The notes beneath the pieces are model-generated. The model made no database searches. It saw nothing but the letters and a program-made list of their open reading frames with translations, and was not told the DNA's origin. From contig ADNK01001884.1 of assembly GCA_000320545.1 (NCBI GenBank), positions 33,375-97,374 of the forward strand: a stretch of DNA of 64,000 nt, read 5' to 3'. The position numbers and the translations under genes are program-made. Positions 12,678 through 28,085 of the stretch are shown here, piece after piece. Within the stretch, counting starts at the first letter, position 1; every line of letters begins with the position of its first letter. The stretch is from Bigelowiella natans CCMP2755 (lineage: Eukaryota; Protista; Cercozoa).

Positions 12678-13418
12678 GTTGAGTGCGCCCTAAGTCGCTG
12701 GTGGGTCTGGGATCACCAGCACAAGGTGGCACCCACTGGCACCTCTCCTCTCACAGTCGGCCTCCTCCTCCTAACGGTCTCTTCCAGCCGTCGATATCTC
12801 GAGATGTACTCGAGTATGCATTGGCCGATGATGGTGATGATGATGATGATGATGATGATGGGTTTGACTACCGGTAAAAAAAAAACTCCTCGAACTCTTC
12901 ACAAACAGCCTGTTGAGAGCCTCACGTTTTGATGGATGGCCTGCAATCCGCCAATTTGCGAAGGCGGCAGACATAAAGTTAGATAAAAAAAATAAAAAAA
13001 ATAGCGAAGTTTGCGGTCCCATATCACTTAGGTTTGCCGCAATTGTTTGCAGCTTGCGAGTCCTAGCGTCTTCTTGCTGGAGAAGTCAAAAATATATACT
13101 AAAAACTTCTTACATATTCGTGAGTCTTCAGTTAAAATTCAGCGGTTGAAAGCAGCAGGTTGGTTTGTGGTCCTCCTGTTGTCAACGCGCAACTCATCAC
13201 TCATACAGTAGCATGTTTATGTTGATGGGGCCAGTTCTGGCTTTTTGCACTTCGAATTTTCGTATAATAGTTAGTTATTATACAATCGTGGGGGGGTACA
13301 TTGAAATTTACTGTTGCACTGGCGAAATAATTAAAGCTACGTGCCATTGATGTTGGGCTACGTGGATACTGATCAAGGATCGAATGTGCACTAATTCTTC
13401 ACTTTTTTTGCAACTAGG

Positions 13419-14423
13419 ATGTTAGTATCGTCACGCGAGACAGTCTTCTTCGCGGCAGGCACCATCTTCGTGCTTTTTCTTATCTCCTTCCAACTTCATT
13501 CTTCAGCTTCCACTCAAGCACAAGGTATTTGACCGATCCTGGCTGTGGAGCTGAATTATCATTAGAGAATCGCTTAAAAGGATATCCTGTAAGCAAAACA
13601 AAATTGATAAAGCTAATAAATTGGCTGTAGGTATGCTTGGTTCGCAAGTTGCTCGATGCACAAAGTCGTCCATGAGAGCTTTTCAGGCAAATGCTGCAAG
13701 CTGGGCTAGCCCTTCACGTAAGAAAAACTCATTTGCTTTTAGGAAAAACGTGGATTAATTGTTTTGAAATTAATATATGGGTACATTCAGGTACGACAGG
13801 TAGGAAGTGGTTCGCGACTCATCGTCAGAGGTATCATTATCCTCCTAAAAGTCTTCGATTTTTTTTTTCCATTCGACAATACAAAAGCTGACCCCATCCA
13901 TATTTCTTTGTTTTTCCTATCACCCTTTCTTCCTCATTTTCCATCTAATCATTTTCACCTTGTTAGTGTGGTAAGGGCAAAGAAGGAGGATGAGCCTCAA
14001 GGCCACCAAGACGGCCGCCCCAGAAGAGAACCCACAGAGAAGGAGGTAATGCTTGCTCCTTCCTCTTGTATGTCGGCACAGCTCAATCGTTGCAACTTAC
14101 CTTGTGGATAATGATATCATTTCTACATCACAGAAAAGGATTATGGAATATCAACAGAACGCTCCTAAGCTTTCATTTGCAGAGGAGGTTGTTTTTAAAA
14201 AATATTGTGGGAAACTATTTAACTGCCCTATGAATGCGGATTGTAACGGCGTCTCTCTCTGCGTGTTTACCTCCCTATTCTTCCCTCTCCTCCAAGGCAA
14301 AGTCTTTGGTAACATTTGGGAACGGATATGGTGTAATTTCCACCATAACGAAGGACGATTATCCTGGTGGAGCAGGTAGATCATTCGATCATGCGATGTT
14401 CTAAGATTGGTGATTTTGACCCG

Positions 14424-14467
<44 letters not shown>

Positions 14468-14544
14468 TATCTATATTTTGCAACGTAGTTGTAATGTACG
14501 CTCCCGATGACGATGGACTTCCTGCTTTCTCCTTCAGTATGGAA

Positions 14545-14585
<41 letters not shown>

Positions 14586-16538
14586 CATGAACAGGAACAT
14601 GATAATAGTGCAGCATCGAAAGAGGGTCCCTCCACGTACTCATCAGATTGTATCCACTTGCCACATGGACTGTTTACACCCATGACGCATATACAAACAC
14701 CGCACGCACCAGAGGCATCCATGAGCGTGAAGAAACATTCGCTGCTTCTGCCCTCTCGACTCAGGCACTATGTCTGGCCACACGCAAGATCTCATGAAAA
14801 ATTCCAAAGCAAGCCTTACTGTGACGACCAACGACTTCAAGGTAACCATAGCAGAAGACGGCAAACCACCTTCATCTAACTGGCACGTATATCTAACTGG
14901 CACATCTGACTGGTACATATTATCTCCACCAGGGAGCTGCGGATGCACGTGTGAACCTCGTAGGCGACATCGAGAAGATCACCGACGAAGAGGAGCTCAA
15001 GAAGTACAGGTGGTATGTGTGTGCTACAAGAATCTACCTTTCCTCGACGCCACACCCCCCGCAAGGAGAGAATGCAGCCAGATTTATTGGATGAATAATT
15101 ATAGAAGCGAAGTTTCTCTCCCTCGATTCCCCTTTTCAATTTGATCGGAGCCCGCTGAAATAACATAGCTGAGGTGTCTGCATTGTTCTGTGCCTCCCCC
15201 TCCTACGCGCCTTCCTCAGAGAAATATTTATCAAGAAACACCCAAACGCCTTCTGGGTCAACTTTGGCGATTTTTTGGTGTACCGCATGACCAACCTGAA
15301 GCATATTCGTTTCGTTGGGGGATTCGCGAGGGCCGCCAATATCCAGCCCGGTCGTTTGAAGTATTAGTACTCTTTTCAACAACATGTATTAGCCATCGTC
15401 GTTGTCCATTCCTGTGTGACTGGTGCTATGATGGCCGAGCGACGCATTGCGTCACCAAGCACAAAAAAGCGCTCTTATTCACATAGTACCCGAGCCCCAA
15501 TGCCTCAGTGTGTCTAATGATCATGAATGATAGGTGAGTATCTCGAAGCTTCAGCGGATCCTGTCATGGAATTTGCGGAGAAAATTGCGGTAGGAAGTCC
15601 AGGCACTTGTTGCTTCACACTGAGTAGACATTGAGAAGTGAATAGGCTGCTGCTTTCTAAAACGTGTTTATTTCTGTCCATCAACTGCGAAGAATGAGAA
15701 CGAACTACAGCCCAAAGAATGCCGGACATCAAACTAATGGATTTTCATACTGTAGGGCCATATGAACGACGACCACCAGGACGCAACGAAGTTGATCATG
15801 CAGCACCAAATGGGCTTGGAGTGCGAAACAGCTGAGATTAAGAACGTTGACAGATTAGGCATGACGGTCTTCGTCACTGTCAAACAACCTGATGAAAGTA
15901 GGAACTTACCGCGAGAGAGAATAGAGAAGGGTGGGGGGATGTGTAAGATGCTGCTGAGAGCTAACAGGATGGGAATTACGAGTAGGGATTTGAGTAAAGC
16001 CACATCTGCCGCGTCTTCCACATTTTGTATGCAGAACGAGGGTGCGTCGTAGTGTGTGCGCGAGCGCGTTGCCATACTCTCTTGGTGGATGCTATGCCTC
16101 AGTGTTTGCGTGGTTCTTAATTTGATTTAGCTGTAAGTTCCCCTTTCAAGCTCCGAGTAGGATTCCCTGAAGAGGCGCCGGATCGAGTGGTGAGAAGTAG
16201 AATTTGGCGAAGAATTAAGAGAGCAAGCAACGTTGTTAAATGGAGTGCGTGTATTCTCGGTGGTTGGTGCCGCGGTTTCCGTTCTTCCATGGCTGTAGAA
16301 CTGAATCGTTGACAGTATTTGTTTGGTTCCTATTTTCAGTTTATGTACAATAGGGCATTGTGTTCATTTGTGTTTCACCTTAAATATGAGTATACCATCG
16401 TTGTCGTTACAGGGCGTACGAAATATGTTAAAGCGTATGACAATGGAAGCAGCAAGTGCGTTGAAAGCTGAAGCGGAAGAAGGAGAAGAAGAAGAAGCTG
16501 CGGCTGCTCCTTCATCGTCATCTTCTACTTCATCGTAA
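13419..16538 (+). CDS. Plastid-targeted HugZ/HOZ-like FMN-binding split-barrel (PNPO-like) heme-binding protein with DUF2470 domain
   Basis: Signal peptide MLVSSRETVFFAAGTIFVLFLISFQL followed by a transit-like exon. Exons include MSGHTQDLMKNSKASLTV, GAADARVNLVG, HPNAFWVNFGDF, IRFVGGFARA and HMNDDHQDA...VDRLGM. Confidence 0.82.
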
Positions 16539-17681
16539 TCCTCAAAAAAGATCGTTTCGGGTTGTTATCGATTAGCCTGTCGGGTGTGCGATGCAACCTG
16601 AGTAGGTTGTTAGCATGTGTGCACGTGTGCAACTGCACAAATTTAAAAATTAAGTAAGCTTTGTACAGAAGCAGCACATCCAAAAGGTTGTCACATTATC
16701 CACGCAGAGCTCGATCTGTAACATTGCATGGTCATGGAAAACGGTGGCGCCGTCTGAGTCTCTTGCCGTTCAAATAGCTGCTAAGCTGTAACAAGATGAC
16801 AAGATATGTGTGCACTACAAAATCGCAAGTTGTTCGCTGTCGATGCATTTCAGTTAGCCTACGTTACGTAGCAATCACACATGGACTATCCACTGCTTTG
16901 CCCTCTCATGTTCACGGAAGCCAACATCAAGATACACATATGCTGGATGCGCGATCTATTTAATGTGTAGGTACATTTGTACACAAATATAGTTTTTGTT
17001 CAACAACCAAACACTAGAAGAGCTAGCTATGTGGGCGAGTTGCTGCAAGCATGCTGTGCACACGGTGCGACATGAAGCTGCACGAGTCGATTGAGGCAAT
17101 TTACTAGATAAGCTCGACATCATCTAGATTATTACTACACGTGAGCGGAGCATACTAGCATAATAACGCTTTCGAATGCTGGAAACATGTCTACGATATA
17201 CCCCTATAGATGCACTGTATAATAGTTACAATGTATTTCATAAGACATAGCTAATTCTGTGTCTAAGGTGATTAAGATCGACATTCACTGTGCTAACAAC
17301 TCTAGAGATTCCACTGTTTTCTCGCGGAAATGTAATCTGCACGTATGATCGTGTGAGTCTGTATGTAGCGCAGAGACCCATGTGTGTTATAATACTGCAT
17401 CACACAACACACACGGCACACTCGTTCTAGGAGATAGCCTTTTCAACAAAAAATATCTCTAATATCCTCGCGGTGTTGGATCAACACATACATCCGACGA
17501 CCTCAAGTATTCGACCCAGCTTTATACTGTGGTCAACCCTTTTCCTGTAGGCCTTTCTGGTGCCATTGTTCGGTATATCATCTTCCCCCTCGCTGCCGCT
17601 CTTTGTCATCGCCATTTATCGTAGGACAGATTAACAAAATCCTAGTGATGATTCCACTCTCTTTCCCGTCGCCATCGCTAT

Positions 17682-19075
17682 CTAGTCTCGAGCTGATGGC
17701 GGCTCATTTCGAGGAGTCCTCTTAAACTTCAGCCCATTCGACTCAGCGAAGCGCGTCATAAACCTAGCACCAGCGTACATGGCTTTTAGGTATATTCCTA
17801 AATAATACTCTTAACGGAAAAGTTGTCTGTCGATTCTCTATCTACCTCATAAAGCGGTCCCATTCCCCCTCGGTAGTCATCAAGTAGCGAGCGACCACAC
17901 CTGTTGGCTATTAACCCCCACAATGAAGAACACCCACAAATTCGCAACAATCTTAATGGGAAATCGTTATTGGAACAGTAGGTAGGAGGGATGTTGAGCT
18001 AACACAGTTGTGGTGATTTTGGCCAATATTCTTTTATTTAACTGTTTGCTTTGATGCCGATTGTTACTTCTCTTCCCCTCCTCCTCCTCCTCCTCCTCCT
18101 CTTCCTCCTCCCCCTCTTACCTTTCCATTTGTGAAGACGGAATCCAAGTCGTAGGTGGTAATTGAACCCTCCTCGTCGACCTATAAAATGAAACCATTGC
18201 CGATGGTGTAAAGGATAGTATTTCATCGTGATTAGTTCATGCATTTTAAGTTTTGTGTCCCCCCCCCAATTCGAATTACCATAAAGAGTCCTTGTATGAA
18301 GCCCCCAGTGAGTACCTTAAGCAGGAAAAGAACGTGCTATGGTGAGAAACTGAACAAATCAACCGTGTATGGCCAGAAGGCAATAACGACCTGCTCGATT
18401 GGCGCTTCTAGAAAGTGTCGAATGACATCAGGGTGCTCAAACACGAACGTTGCGGTCCGTGACCTTTGAATAAGCCATAAACTCCTTAATTTAATACAAA
18501 CTCTATAGATGCACGCACCTGATCTCATACTTTCAGTGTTCTATGCTAATATGATAATGAGTCCTTCCCCCCCCCCCCTTCTCCCTCCCTGGTTTATTGT
18601 TCTCTTACGTTCCGTCTTTGCTCTTGCTGAGTTTCACATCGGGAACAGAGCTTTCATTATACCCTGACCGAAACTGGAGGACTGCGGACTTCGGTGGTTC
18701 TTGAAAGCTTCTCGCTCCGCGAGCTGTCGAAGGCATTGCGCTTGAGTAACGGGGACTTGACCCTCGAGAGAACGATCCCCGGCCGCTGGTACCCCTTCTC
18801 AATGGAATCCTACCACCTGCTTTCGGTGAAGACCGCATGACCTTCTTTTTTTCTTCCGATGCCTCACATCCCCCCCTGCATCGCGGCCTCCTGCGAGACG
18901 AGCCTGGACGGGGAAACCACGACGTAGTTGCCCATACACTTACCTTGGCTGGTGTTGCTGTCTGTTTGCATCGTCTGGCAGCTCTCAGACCGTGCAATCT
19001 CGTTGTCAATACGGTCGTACTTGATGGTTGAGCCATTAGCAGAACTACGAGGAGAGCTGCCCAAATGCGCTCCAT
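17682..19075 (-). CDS. psb28: Photosystem II assembly protein Psb28, nucleus-encoded with bipartite presequence
   Basis: Spliced product LQFRSGYNESSVPDVKLSKSKDG / TATFVFEHP / IQGLFM / VDEEGSITT..NGK / PTGVVARYLMTTEGEWDRFMR / FMTRFAESNGL matches the Psb28 consensus. The N-terminus MERIWAALLVVLLMAQ is followed by an R/S-rich transit peptide. Confidence 0.92.
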
Positions 19076-19457
19076 CGGTTCCGCTTTGACCAAGATGTGG
19101 TACCGAGGGGGGGGGGTCGTCCTCAACACGAGCGCGTAGTCAAAACCATCGACGTTGGAATTTACAGAGATCAAATTAGTTCATTTTTCATGCGATAAAT
19201 ACCTAAAGTCATTCTACATTCTATAACAACAAGTAGAACACTCGGGTATCGAAATCTCAGAATTTCGACTCAGAATCTGACTCCCGAGCCCTCTCTCTCC
19301 GCCCCCCCCCTCCTTCTTCCTCTCCCCAATTTTCTTGTTTGAATTATTTATTGGAAAATTGGCGCAGGGTTTTGAAGAAGCCGCAAGTTGACGGTTCGCT
19401 CGTGGAATCAGCAACCAGACAAACTCACTCGCAGGCTCGCAGCCAAACCTTCGAGCA

Positions 19458-20547
19458 ATGAGGTGTATGAGGAGTTGGAACGCCATGTGCCACGTGGGGC
19501 TTCCATTCCTCAGGAAAGCCACCATCGTGCCTCAAGCGCATGCCTCTTTTCGAGGGATGATGACTGTGGCATTCGGCAAATCATCTCTGAACGAAATTCT
19601 CCAGAAAGTCGAGGACTACAAGGATGACAAATTCTTTCTCAAAGACTTCGTCAGTCTGATGCCCCACATTTTCAGATGTTATCGACCGACCTGTATAGCC
19701 TAGGCTAGGGAGTTGAGGGGAAGTGCACGTGTCTGCATGATCGTTGGCATTGTTCTCGCATCATTCTTTAATGCAGAAGCTAACTTATTGTATCATCATC
19801 GTCGTCATTGTCATCATCATCATTATCTCCGCTCAGGCTGGATCTCTACCTACTATCAGCGACAACCAAGTCTTTGCAAATGCCGATTGTGCTCTCCAAC
19901 ACATCAAACACTACGGCTTCGACTACGATTTCACGGTGACTATCCCATCGCATTCTAATGCATAAAATCGTTCATACATGGCTAGTCATCGTCGTCAACA
20001 TCGGTCTTACACAACAACATAACTACAGCTGGCCACCTACAATAAGAAACTCCCGCATCTAATTTACGACCTGGCAAAGGTAAAGTCGACGTTTGTGCTT
20101 GTGTATGGCGATGTCACGAATACACCGTAAGAGCTATGTTCCAAAAACCCCTTATTAGCGGCGTCTCGTCGAGAAATTCGGCTATCCTATTGAGGTAGTA
20201 GACGGCATCAATGTGATGACGATGTGTCATGAGGATGCTTTTTAGATGGTGATGAATCTTTTCGCTGACACTTTCAACCCATGCAGCATTCGTCAATATA
20301 TTTGTTAGCGCAACGTTAAGCATGGAATGCTGCTGATGCTGCTGCTGCTGCTGCTGCTGATGCTGCTGCTGCCTTGAAAAGGTTGAAAGCTTGAAGTACG
20401 ACCCAAACTTTGCTATCAGGGGCTTGCACATAGACAAGTAATAATAGTGTGAATATAGACAATGAACGATGATGATGGATGACGACGACGACGACGATGA
20501 TGACGAGAATGATGATGGTGAAAATGGAACTGCTACATTTAGAGAAG

Positions 20548-20593
<46 letters not shown>

Positions 20594-21502
20594 CCCTTAC
20601 TTCACACTGGGTGGCATCATCACATCACAGGGAGACCGGCATGCTCCTTAAGCTCGACCAATACAATAAGATTCAGCTGCCTCTTTTTAAAGGGCGCTCG
20701 CCCGTCACAACCGCAGAGGTCATACGCGGCACAGCGCAGCATGCAATGGCACAGCATCGAGCTCAGCACCCCATTTAGCAGATGGAAAAACAAAGCTTTG
20801 ATTCCTCGCCTGGCTCACTATGATCCGCTCGCCGCATTATTCCTGATTGTTGCTGAGATATAAATCCGTTTTAACGGTTTCAGACGGTACGTACGTACGG
20901 CGGGCTGCGGGTGTCTAGGTCGTATGTCAGGGAGAACATGCACATGATGAAAGACTTATTCGCGCTTCCAGAGGTAGTGCGTTTGATTAGCAGTACTACC
21001 AGGGCGAGGCAACAACCGACGCATCATCTTGGAATGGCAGAATTAATTCGTAAATTTACTGCGAGAAACCCGTGACAACTGTGTGTCTCGCGGTGCTGAA
21101 TACCGCAAGTTTTTCTTGCACGAATCTTTGCCTGGTTTATCGTAGCCCCACCCACTCCCAAGCAAATAAATGCTTGAGGAAAAATTGAGAGGAGGCCCTT
21201 TCTTTCAAAAGCTGTTATTCATCTTCATGTGACTATCTTGCGTTTGGTCTATCTTCCTCATCAGGCGTGTTTATACGCCGACGTCATGGAACTTCTGATA
21301 TCGAAGAATCAGCCGTTTGAACCATCGTATGTGGTAATATTTGCTTAGTTTTCTAACCGCAACTGTGCTATACACGTAGCAAGATTGCGTATGTGAGTCA
21401 TCGTTCGCAATATGCTTCTGCCCCTTCCCCCTTGCAGATCCAGGATATCAATTCGGCGATTGGGTACGATAGACGTAGGAGATGGTTGGAAGGAAACGTT
21501 TT

Positions 21503-21547
<45 letters not shown>

Positions 21548-22917
21548 CGCTTTAAGGGAGAGGGAGGCTGGGCAGCCATTGTTCCTGCTTTTCCACGACA
21601 ATTTTTAGTAATGAGTATCTTCTTCGTCATCATGTTAGCTCTACTTAACTTATAATTGGATTAGGTTCACTCATATGACTGAGCTTCTTCATAGGACAAT
21701 TGTACGGCATTCCCTAACCCCTTCCCTCCTTATGATCTAAGCGTATCCTTTACTCTGAAACATGTAGTTGGTAGAAGTGCAAGCAGTTGTGGCGCGTGAT
21801 TTATTGATGCAAATATCATGTTCGGTATGGACTGTTAGGTCGTAGATCCAGCGAGATACCTTGACCCTAACCCAAACCTTGTCAAGTAGGAGGAGGAAAT
21901 AGGAGAAAAACAAGCAATTATGATGATGCTGCTACCTGCCGATAATCATAACAATGACAATAAGACCATGAAAACCGCTGTGACGAAGCTGATCGATCCC
22001 GACACCTTCTTTTCCTCCTCCTCCTCCTTCTCCTCCTCCCCCGATTTATTCGGTCCTTCTTGTTACCCGGTAGATATCTAACGCGTATAAGGGAGAGCGG
22101 TCGGAGCACGTTCTTGTTAACAAACAGCCCGTATTACTTCGTAGACGCAGGTTGTACTAATGCTTTTGTATTTGTCCTACGAGAAGGCGAGAAGGCGAGA
22201 TCAGCATAGAACATGTAGGACACGTATGACCGCAGAGTACAGATTTCGAGCACGATTAGAGCTCTCGTTCCCGCCCCCCCCCTCTTTTCCCTACCCAACC
22301 CCCCTTCATCTCCCCTCGTCCACCATGATTCCTACGTTCAGGCATGAAGTACCTTATGGGAGATCTCATCGAAAATGTGAGCCGTCAACTTCACATCAAA
22401 AGAAAAATGAAAAATGAGCCTGTAAGCATGATCCCTCGCTTTCTCTCTCTCCGCCCCCCTCTCTATCTCCCCCTATCATCATCATCATCATCATCATCAC
22501 CACCACCATCATCTTTTGTTGTTCATGTCGCTTGTTTAGCTTGGACTTCCATGTTGGACGCATCTATTTGACATCGTTATCGTCGAGGCGGATAAACCCA
22601 CCTTCTACCACCAGAGGCAACAGCGTTTCCGCAAGGTATAGTGTGGTACAGAAAATTTGGGGGGGGGGGAGAAGAGTGCCCTGCCAAGCGCTCATAGGGT
22701 CATCATCAACCATGTCGGAAATCGATCAAAATCGTACTTGACTGATTCTGTGCAAAAACACAGCTAAATCCGGATGGATCTCCCTCCTTGGAGGCTGTCG
22801 ACGAATTTGTGAGAGGGGAGGTAGCTGTGTGTGTGCAATGATGATGATGATGATGAGAATGCCTCTCATTATTTTGTTAGGGTGGTGATAGTAACGACCG
22901 TTCCTTTTGTCCCTGCA

Positions 22918-22963
<46 letters not shown>

Positions 22964-25452
22964 CACACACACACACACACATATCCCCATGCCAAGGTCT
23001 ACACAGGGGGGGGGCTAGAGGAATTTCACCGACTATCAGGGTATATTATATGAACTGAGCACAATAACAATAGAAAGAAGGAGAAGAAGAAAGTACAATA
23101 CAACAGCGGGGAGGATACGCACAAATCATCATGAAATAGCGAGCGATTTCAGTGATTACGTTGTCGTCTCTTTCCTTCGTTTCTCTGATGATGTTGTCGT
23201 CAATGTAACAGGTACCGCGAGTCCAACGTGATTTATATGGGAGATCAGATATACAGCGACTTAGTAGAGCCTCAAAAGGTGGGTTATGTATAATATATAT
23301 GTTTGTATGGTTTTAATGGTGACTATGAGAGATGAAGATGGGAACGGATGATTTGTGCAAAAGAAAGAGAGAAATCTGACCAATGAAGCCGATAGAACAT
23401 TGTACTAGTGTGCTTGTAGACGATATGTAGGAGTAAGAATCCCTCGTTGCGTATCATCATCATCCCCATCATCATCATCAATCATCATTCATCATTCATC
23501 ATCATCATTCATCATCATCTATCATCATCATTCATCATCATCATCCATCATCATCTATCATCATCCATCATCATCATCATAAGGCAACTCAATGGAAAAC
23601 GGCCGCCATAATAAAGGAGGTGGCACATGAGGTAGAAGCTCACAGTCAATAGTTCGGTCGAAGGCAGCACAAATGCCAACACAAGAACAATAGAGACTAC
23701 ACTACATGTCGTGGGTTATAATAATATGCAAAGCCAACCTACTTGCCAATGCAGTCGGTATTACCTTTTCTCCGACAAGCTAGGTCATCCTTCGGTCTTT
23801 TTTGTTTTAAACAAACTCTCTCCTTTCCCTTCTACTGCTACATTCCTCCCCCCCCCCTCCCCCTTCTTAGATCAAGGAGATGAATTGCATCGAGTTTAAG
23901 GAGGACGTGGCGCGGCTGATGTTCGTCGAGCGGTAGCCAATAGCCAGTAGCTAGGAGGATATAGTAGTAGCAGTAGTAGTAGTAGTAACGTTGTTGTCGC
24001 TGATTCTGGGGTTGCTGAATGGTGCTTGTTGTTATGTGCTTGATTTAGCATCCATCGACAGCCCATTGAGCATCCACCGATCTCATGCATTGTTTGCCGT
24101 CATCTATATGTCGTCGTTTTGCGCTGCGTTGCGCTGTTGTTGTTTTGCCTGCAAGGCTGGTCTCGGAAGCGCAGATCCATTCCGAGGATGCACAGCATAC
24201 GATAGAGGTTGGTTGTGGGGGGTGGGACGCAGGATGGATTGCAGCAGAAAGTTGAACCATTCATGGCCAAAGTGCTGATGGTGATTTCCTTCTGCCAACG
24301 CCATCTTTGAGATGCAACGGGTTGTAAGGCTTCACCATGTGCCTCCTCCCTTTCGTCGTCATCATCTTCTTTTTCCTCTTCTTTCCAAACGAAATTAATG
24401 CTCGTGGCTTGTGAGCTCTTCTGCTAGGAGACTGCCATCCTTGACATTCGTATATTCTATTCACCGCCACTGCTACTACTGCTGTTGTTTCAGTGGCTCA
24501 AGACAGAGAGGACGCAGCTACGTGAGATGATGATGATGATGATGACGATGATGCACACCAAAGCAACAACCACACGATAAGAACACTACCCCAAAAAAGC
24601 ATTCCCTGCTCTAATTCCGAAGAAAACAGCCTTAGTATATTGTTTGTGAAAGAGACCTCGATTCTAGATCATATGCACACACTGCCCCCTCAAGCATTTT
24701 CCTCTTGGCATTTCTTGACTATAAACGGCCATCATAACAACGAAAAGGCACTAGATTAAAGCACCGCATCAACTTGTACTTTGGAAGTACCTTCAGAACG
24801 AGCACATCGAGGTTAGAAACACACTCACACACATACATAATATTTTGGAAATGCAATGATACCGCTAAGTATCGATTGCAGTTATGGTCATTATTCTTGC
24901 CCCAATACTACTATTAGTAGTAGTATGCTCCTGCTCCTGCTACTATTACGACATCTTTCCCAACCTCTAAGACTCGTCTAAATCCTTTGCTATCAGGACG
25001 GCATTCTTCTACAATGTTGGTCGATACGCTGATATTTATACATCAAGGTAGTATCACTGTCAGCGTAACCAGGATGGTTGGTGATGATGATGATTGTGAT
25101 GCTGATGTACTGATAATGCCTGCTTGCGTTAAAACCATCGCCGAGCTGGTAATCGTCTCTACCGCTCCATAGGTGTGTTTGAATGTGCCGATTAGAGCAA
25201 TTCCAGAATTCTCCACATTCATCACAATCAGTGCTTGAATTGTATTAAATTGAAAAACGCCATACAAAACCCTGTAGTGCCCTACTCATTGTTCTCTTCA
25301 TCAATCCTCACGTTAGCATCAGCAACCTGTTGAATTTCCCGATGGACTACTGCTTCTATGCCTCTCGTAGCTTCTTCCCTCACGAGATGAGGCTCAACAA
25401 TCCTGAAACAATGATGCTGAAAATTACGTCATCGTTGTCAGATAGTCAATAG
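19458..25452 (+). CDS. HAD-superfamily (IG) 5'-nucleotidase domain protein, NT5DC-like, many exons
   Basis: Motifs VFAN...YGFDYDFT|LASY, YDPNFAIRGLHID, LLTNSPYYFVDAG, YLMGD, RYADIYTS and NLLNF...FY...FPHE. Confidence 0.88.
23453..23580. repeat. Compound (CAT)n/(TCAT)n microsatellite in an intron
   Basis: About 130 nt of degenerate ATC/ATTC/ATCT units. Confidence 0.85.
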
Positions 25453-26242
25453 CATGTGATAGGACACATGCAAATGAACGTATTGCATATATGATAGAAT
25501 GCCATACACAGAAGCCGACACTTCTGTGCCTGACGAGCGATGATGCCCCCAATGTATGAGCCTGCGAACTCAGTGTGAGTGTAATAGACACATCTCACAT
25601 TTACACATCGACGCATATATGTAATCCTGGCCGTACGGCAATTCAAGGCTTGCATGCATTGATTACGCACATAGCTCATGATGGACATGCACTATTATGC
25701 TCATAGCAACACTATGAGCTGTCTAGTACTTGGCTGGGAAATAATCACCCACCAAGCTACCTAGCTGGGCTTACCATCCCTGCGCTGTGTTTCCACAGGC
25801 AAGAGCATTATATAACATTAACAATAGAAGAAGCAGCATGAGATGCATGCATGCATGCATAATGCAAATGCTTTTAATTGCGCTGCATCAATCACATGCA
25901 TATGGCTTTGCATGTCCAAGAGAGCAAATTTAATTATCAAAGTGTACACGCTTCTACATTGCAGCTACACACATGCATGTATCACACGGGCCAGTTGCTA
26001 TTCGGTCGGACAGTAGAATTCGTAAATGAAACACAACATCTCGACATCATGGTGAGGAAGTATCATTTTTAAGGCTAAATTTCTCCGAAAATGCTTTCTG
26101 TGTTGCACGTAAGATATCCGGATCGTTGGTCGCCGCAATGAAAGCTTTCATTCCCTATCCCAAATTAATATAGAACATGAGCGATAATGAACTCTGAGCT
26201 TGTTTGTTTGTTTTTGCGCGCACACACACTCTCATTCAATGC

Positions 26243-26422
26243 CTATTTTCCACTCTTTTCTGTCCGGTTCAGCACCACCTTATCCTCCTCCTTTTTACGA
26301 TGTTTCTCGGAGGCGTCAGGCTCTAAAAACTGCTGCAGATACGCCCTGCATGTGGAGATGCAAGAAAGAGCAACCACAACGAGACGAGAAGATATGACAG
26401 TACAGTACAGTAGTAGTAGTAT

Positions 26423-26454
<32 letters not shown>

Positions 26455-27060
26455 TAGTAGTCGCATATAGTCAGAGAATAGCAGGAGAATAGCAGCGGGA
26501 GGAACGGGGGAAGGATACTGAAGAGGCCTTGAAGGAAGGAGAGGATTGCGAAGACACAAAGCAATAAAGAGAGAAGACAAGAGAGAAAAAATAGGTAGAG
26601 TATATCTCACAAGCATGCTCTGCATTTATCAATGGAAGAGGACATCGTCAGGTGGCGGCTTCGAGTGTCATCATCGAGGAAATGGAAGTGGCCCTGCAGT
26701 AGCAGCATCATCCAAAAGGTGAAAAAGCGGTTAGTAGAGGCGCGGTACATGATCGCACATGACATTGCCCCCCCCCCCCCCTCTCTCTCTCGCACCTGTG
26801 TACACATATTTGCGGAGAGTACTTGAGCAAGCACGTGCATGCGCGCGAAGAACTACAGTACAATTTTGGATTTCTAACCTCCCCAGGTATCTTCTCCAGT
26901 GTGCAGTCGCATCCTGTCTCTTCGGCACGTCTATGAAATCTCTCGCTCATCTCCAATGGTACAGCCTAAACGTGTTGCGGGGAAATCAATATCTAAATAT
27001 TTGCATATGAGGAAGGAAAGCTGCAGCAGCTTTATGGCTTTCTCTTCCCTTCTCTCTCTC

Positions 27061-27115
<55 letters not shown>

Positions 27116-27753
27116 TGTCTACACACTTGTATGTATGCGTATGTGGAGAAGAAGGGGGGGCGGGGGGCAGCGTTAGTCACTGAAACCTTATCTTCCTCCG
27201 GATGTAGAAGCACGAGCTTGGATTTTGTTGGGAGCATTTCGTAGGGAGAGGTGGAGGGGAATTTCGCCGGATCGACTCTGCCTCCTTGTGAGCTGCCGAG
27301 AAGAGAGGGGACGGCGTAGCCGCCTATTGACGCGTTTGGCGCGTTGGCAGATGTGGATCATATTAGCAATTGGAGTAACGATGGCTGCTTCGGGTCTACG
27401 CATTTGTATTATCAATTCACTTTCTCTTTGCACGACACCTATAAATCTTTCGTAGGCCTGGCGGAGATCCAGCACCCCGGACTGTGAGATGACCATATTT
27501 GGGATGATAGCAGGGTTTGCGCCCACGGCGCCCGGAGGCAATGAACTACGCATTGCCGTCCATGCGGCCTATTGAGAGCAGCTGGTGTTTAGACAACAAG
27601 TAGCAATACACATACTTTTTATATTTCTCTTTCTTTCGTCTGTATCATAATTATCTCGAAATCTCTCTAACGTGGACGCGGCCCTCTCATCGTTCCTCGG
27701 AGAAGTGTATACCATTTCAAAGTGAAGAGGCTATGGACGAGCGAAAGCGATAT

Positions 27754-27823
<70 letters not shown>

Positions 27824-28027
27824 CGCTACCAAGTGCCCCCCTGCAGAATGGCCAATGATGACTACGTTGGTGCAGTCTATGGCATAATCCGATGCAATGT
27901 TTGGGATATAGTCCATCGCAGCTATGAGATCATTGTTATCACCAAACTCACGACTCAGATTACCAGTACAATAAGTACGAGTGTTGTTGAGATCGAATGA
28001 TGATCGATGCGACACGTTCTTTAGGTT

Positions 28028-28085
<58 letters not shown>

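Noticed and set aside
20469-24470. Short ORFs with poly-SL, CV, YI, HT, D or M runs (also throughout the window)
   Set aside because: They are translations of intronic (CT)n, (GT)n, (TA)n and (GAT)n microsatellites.
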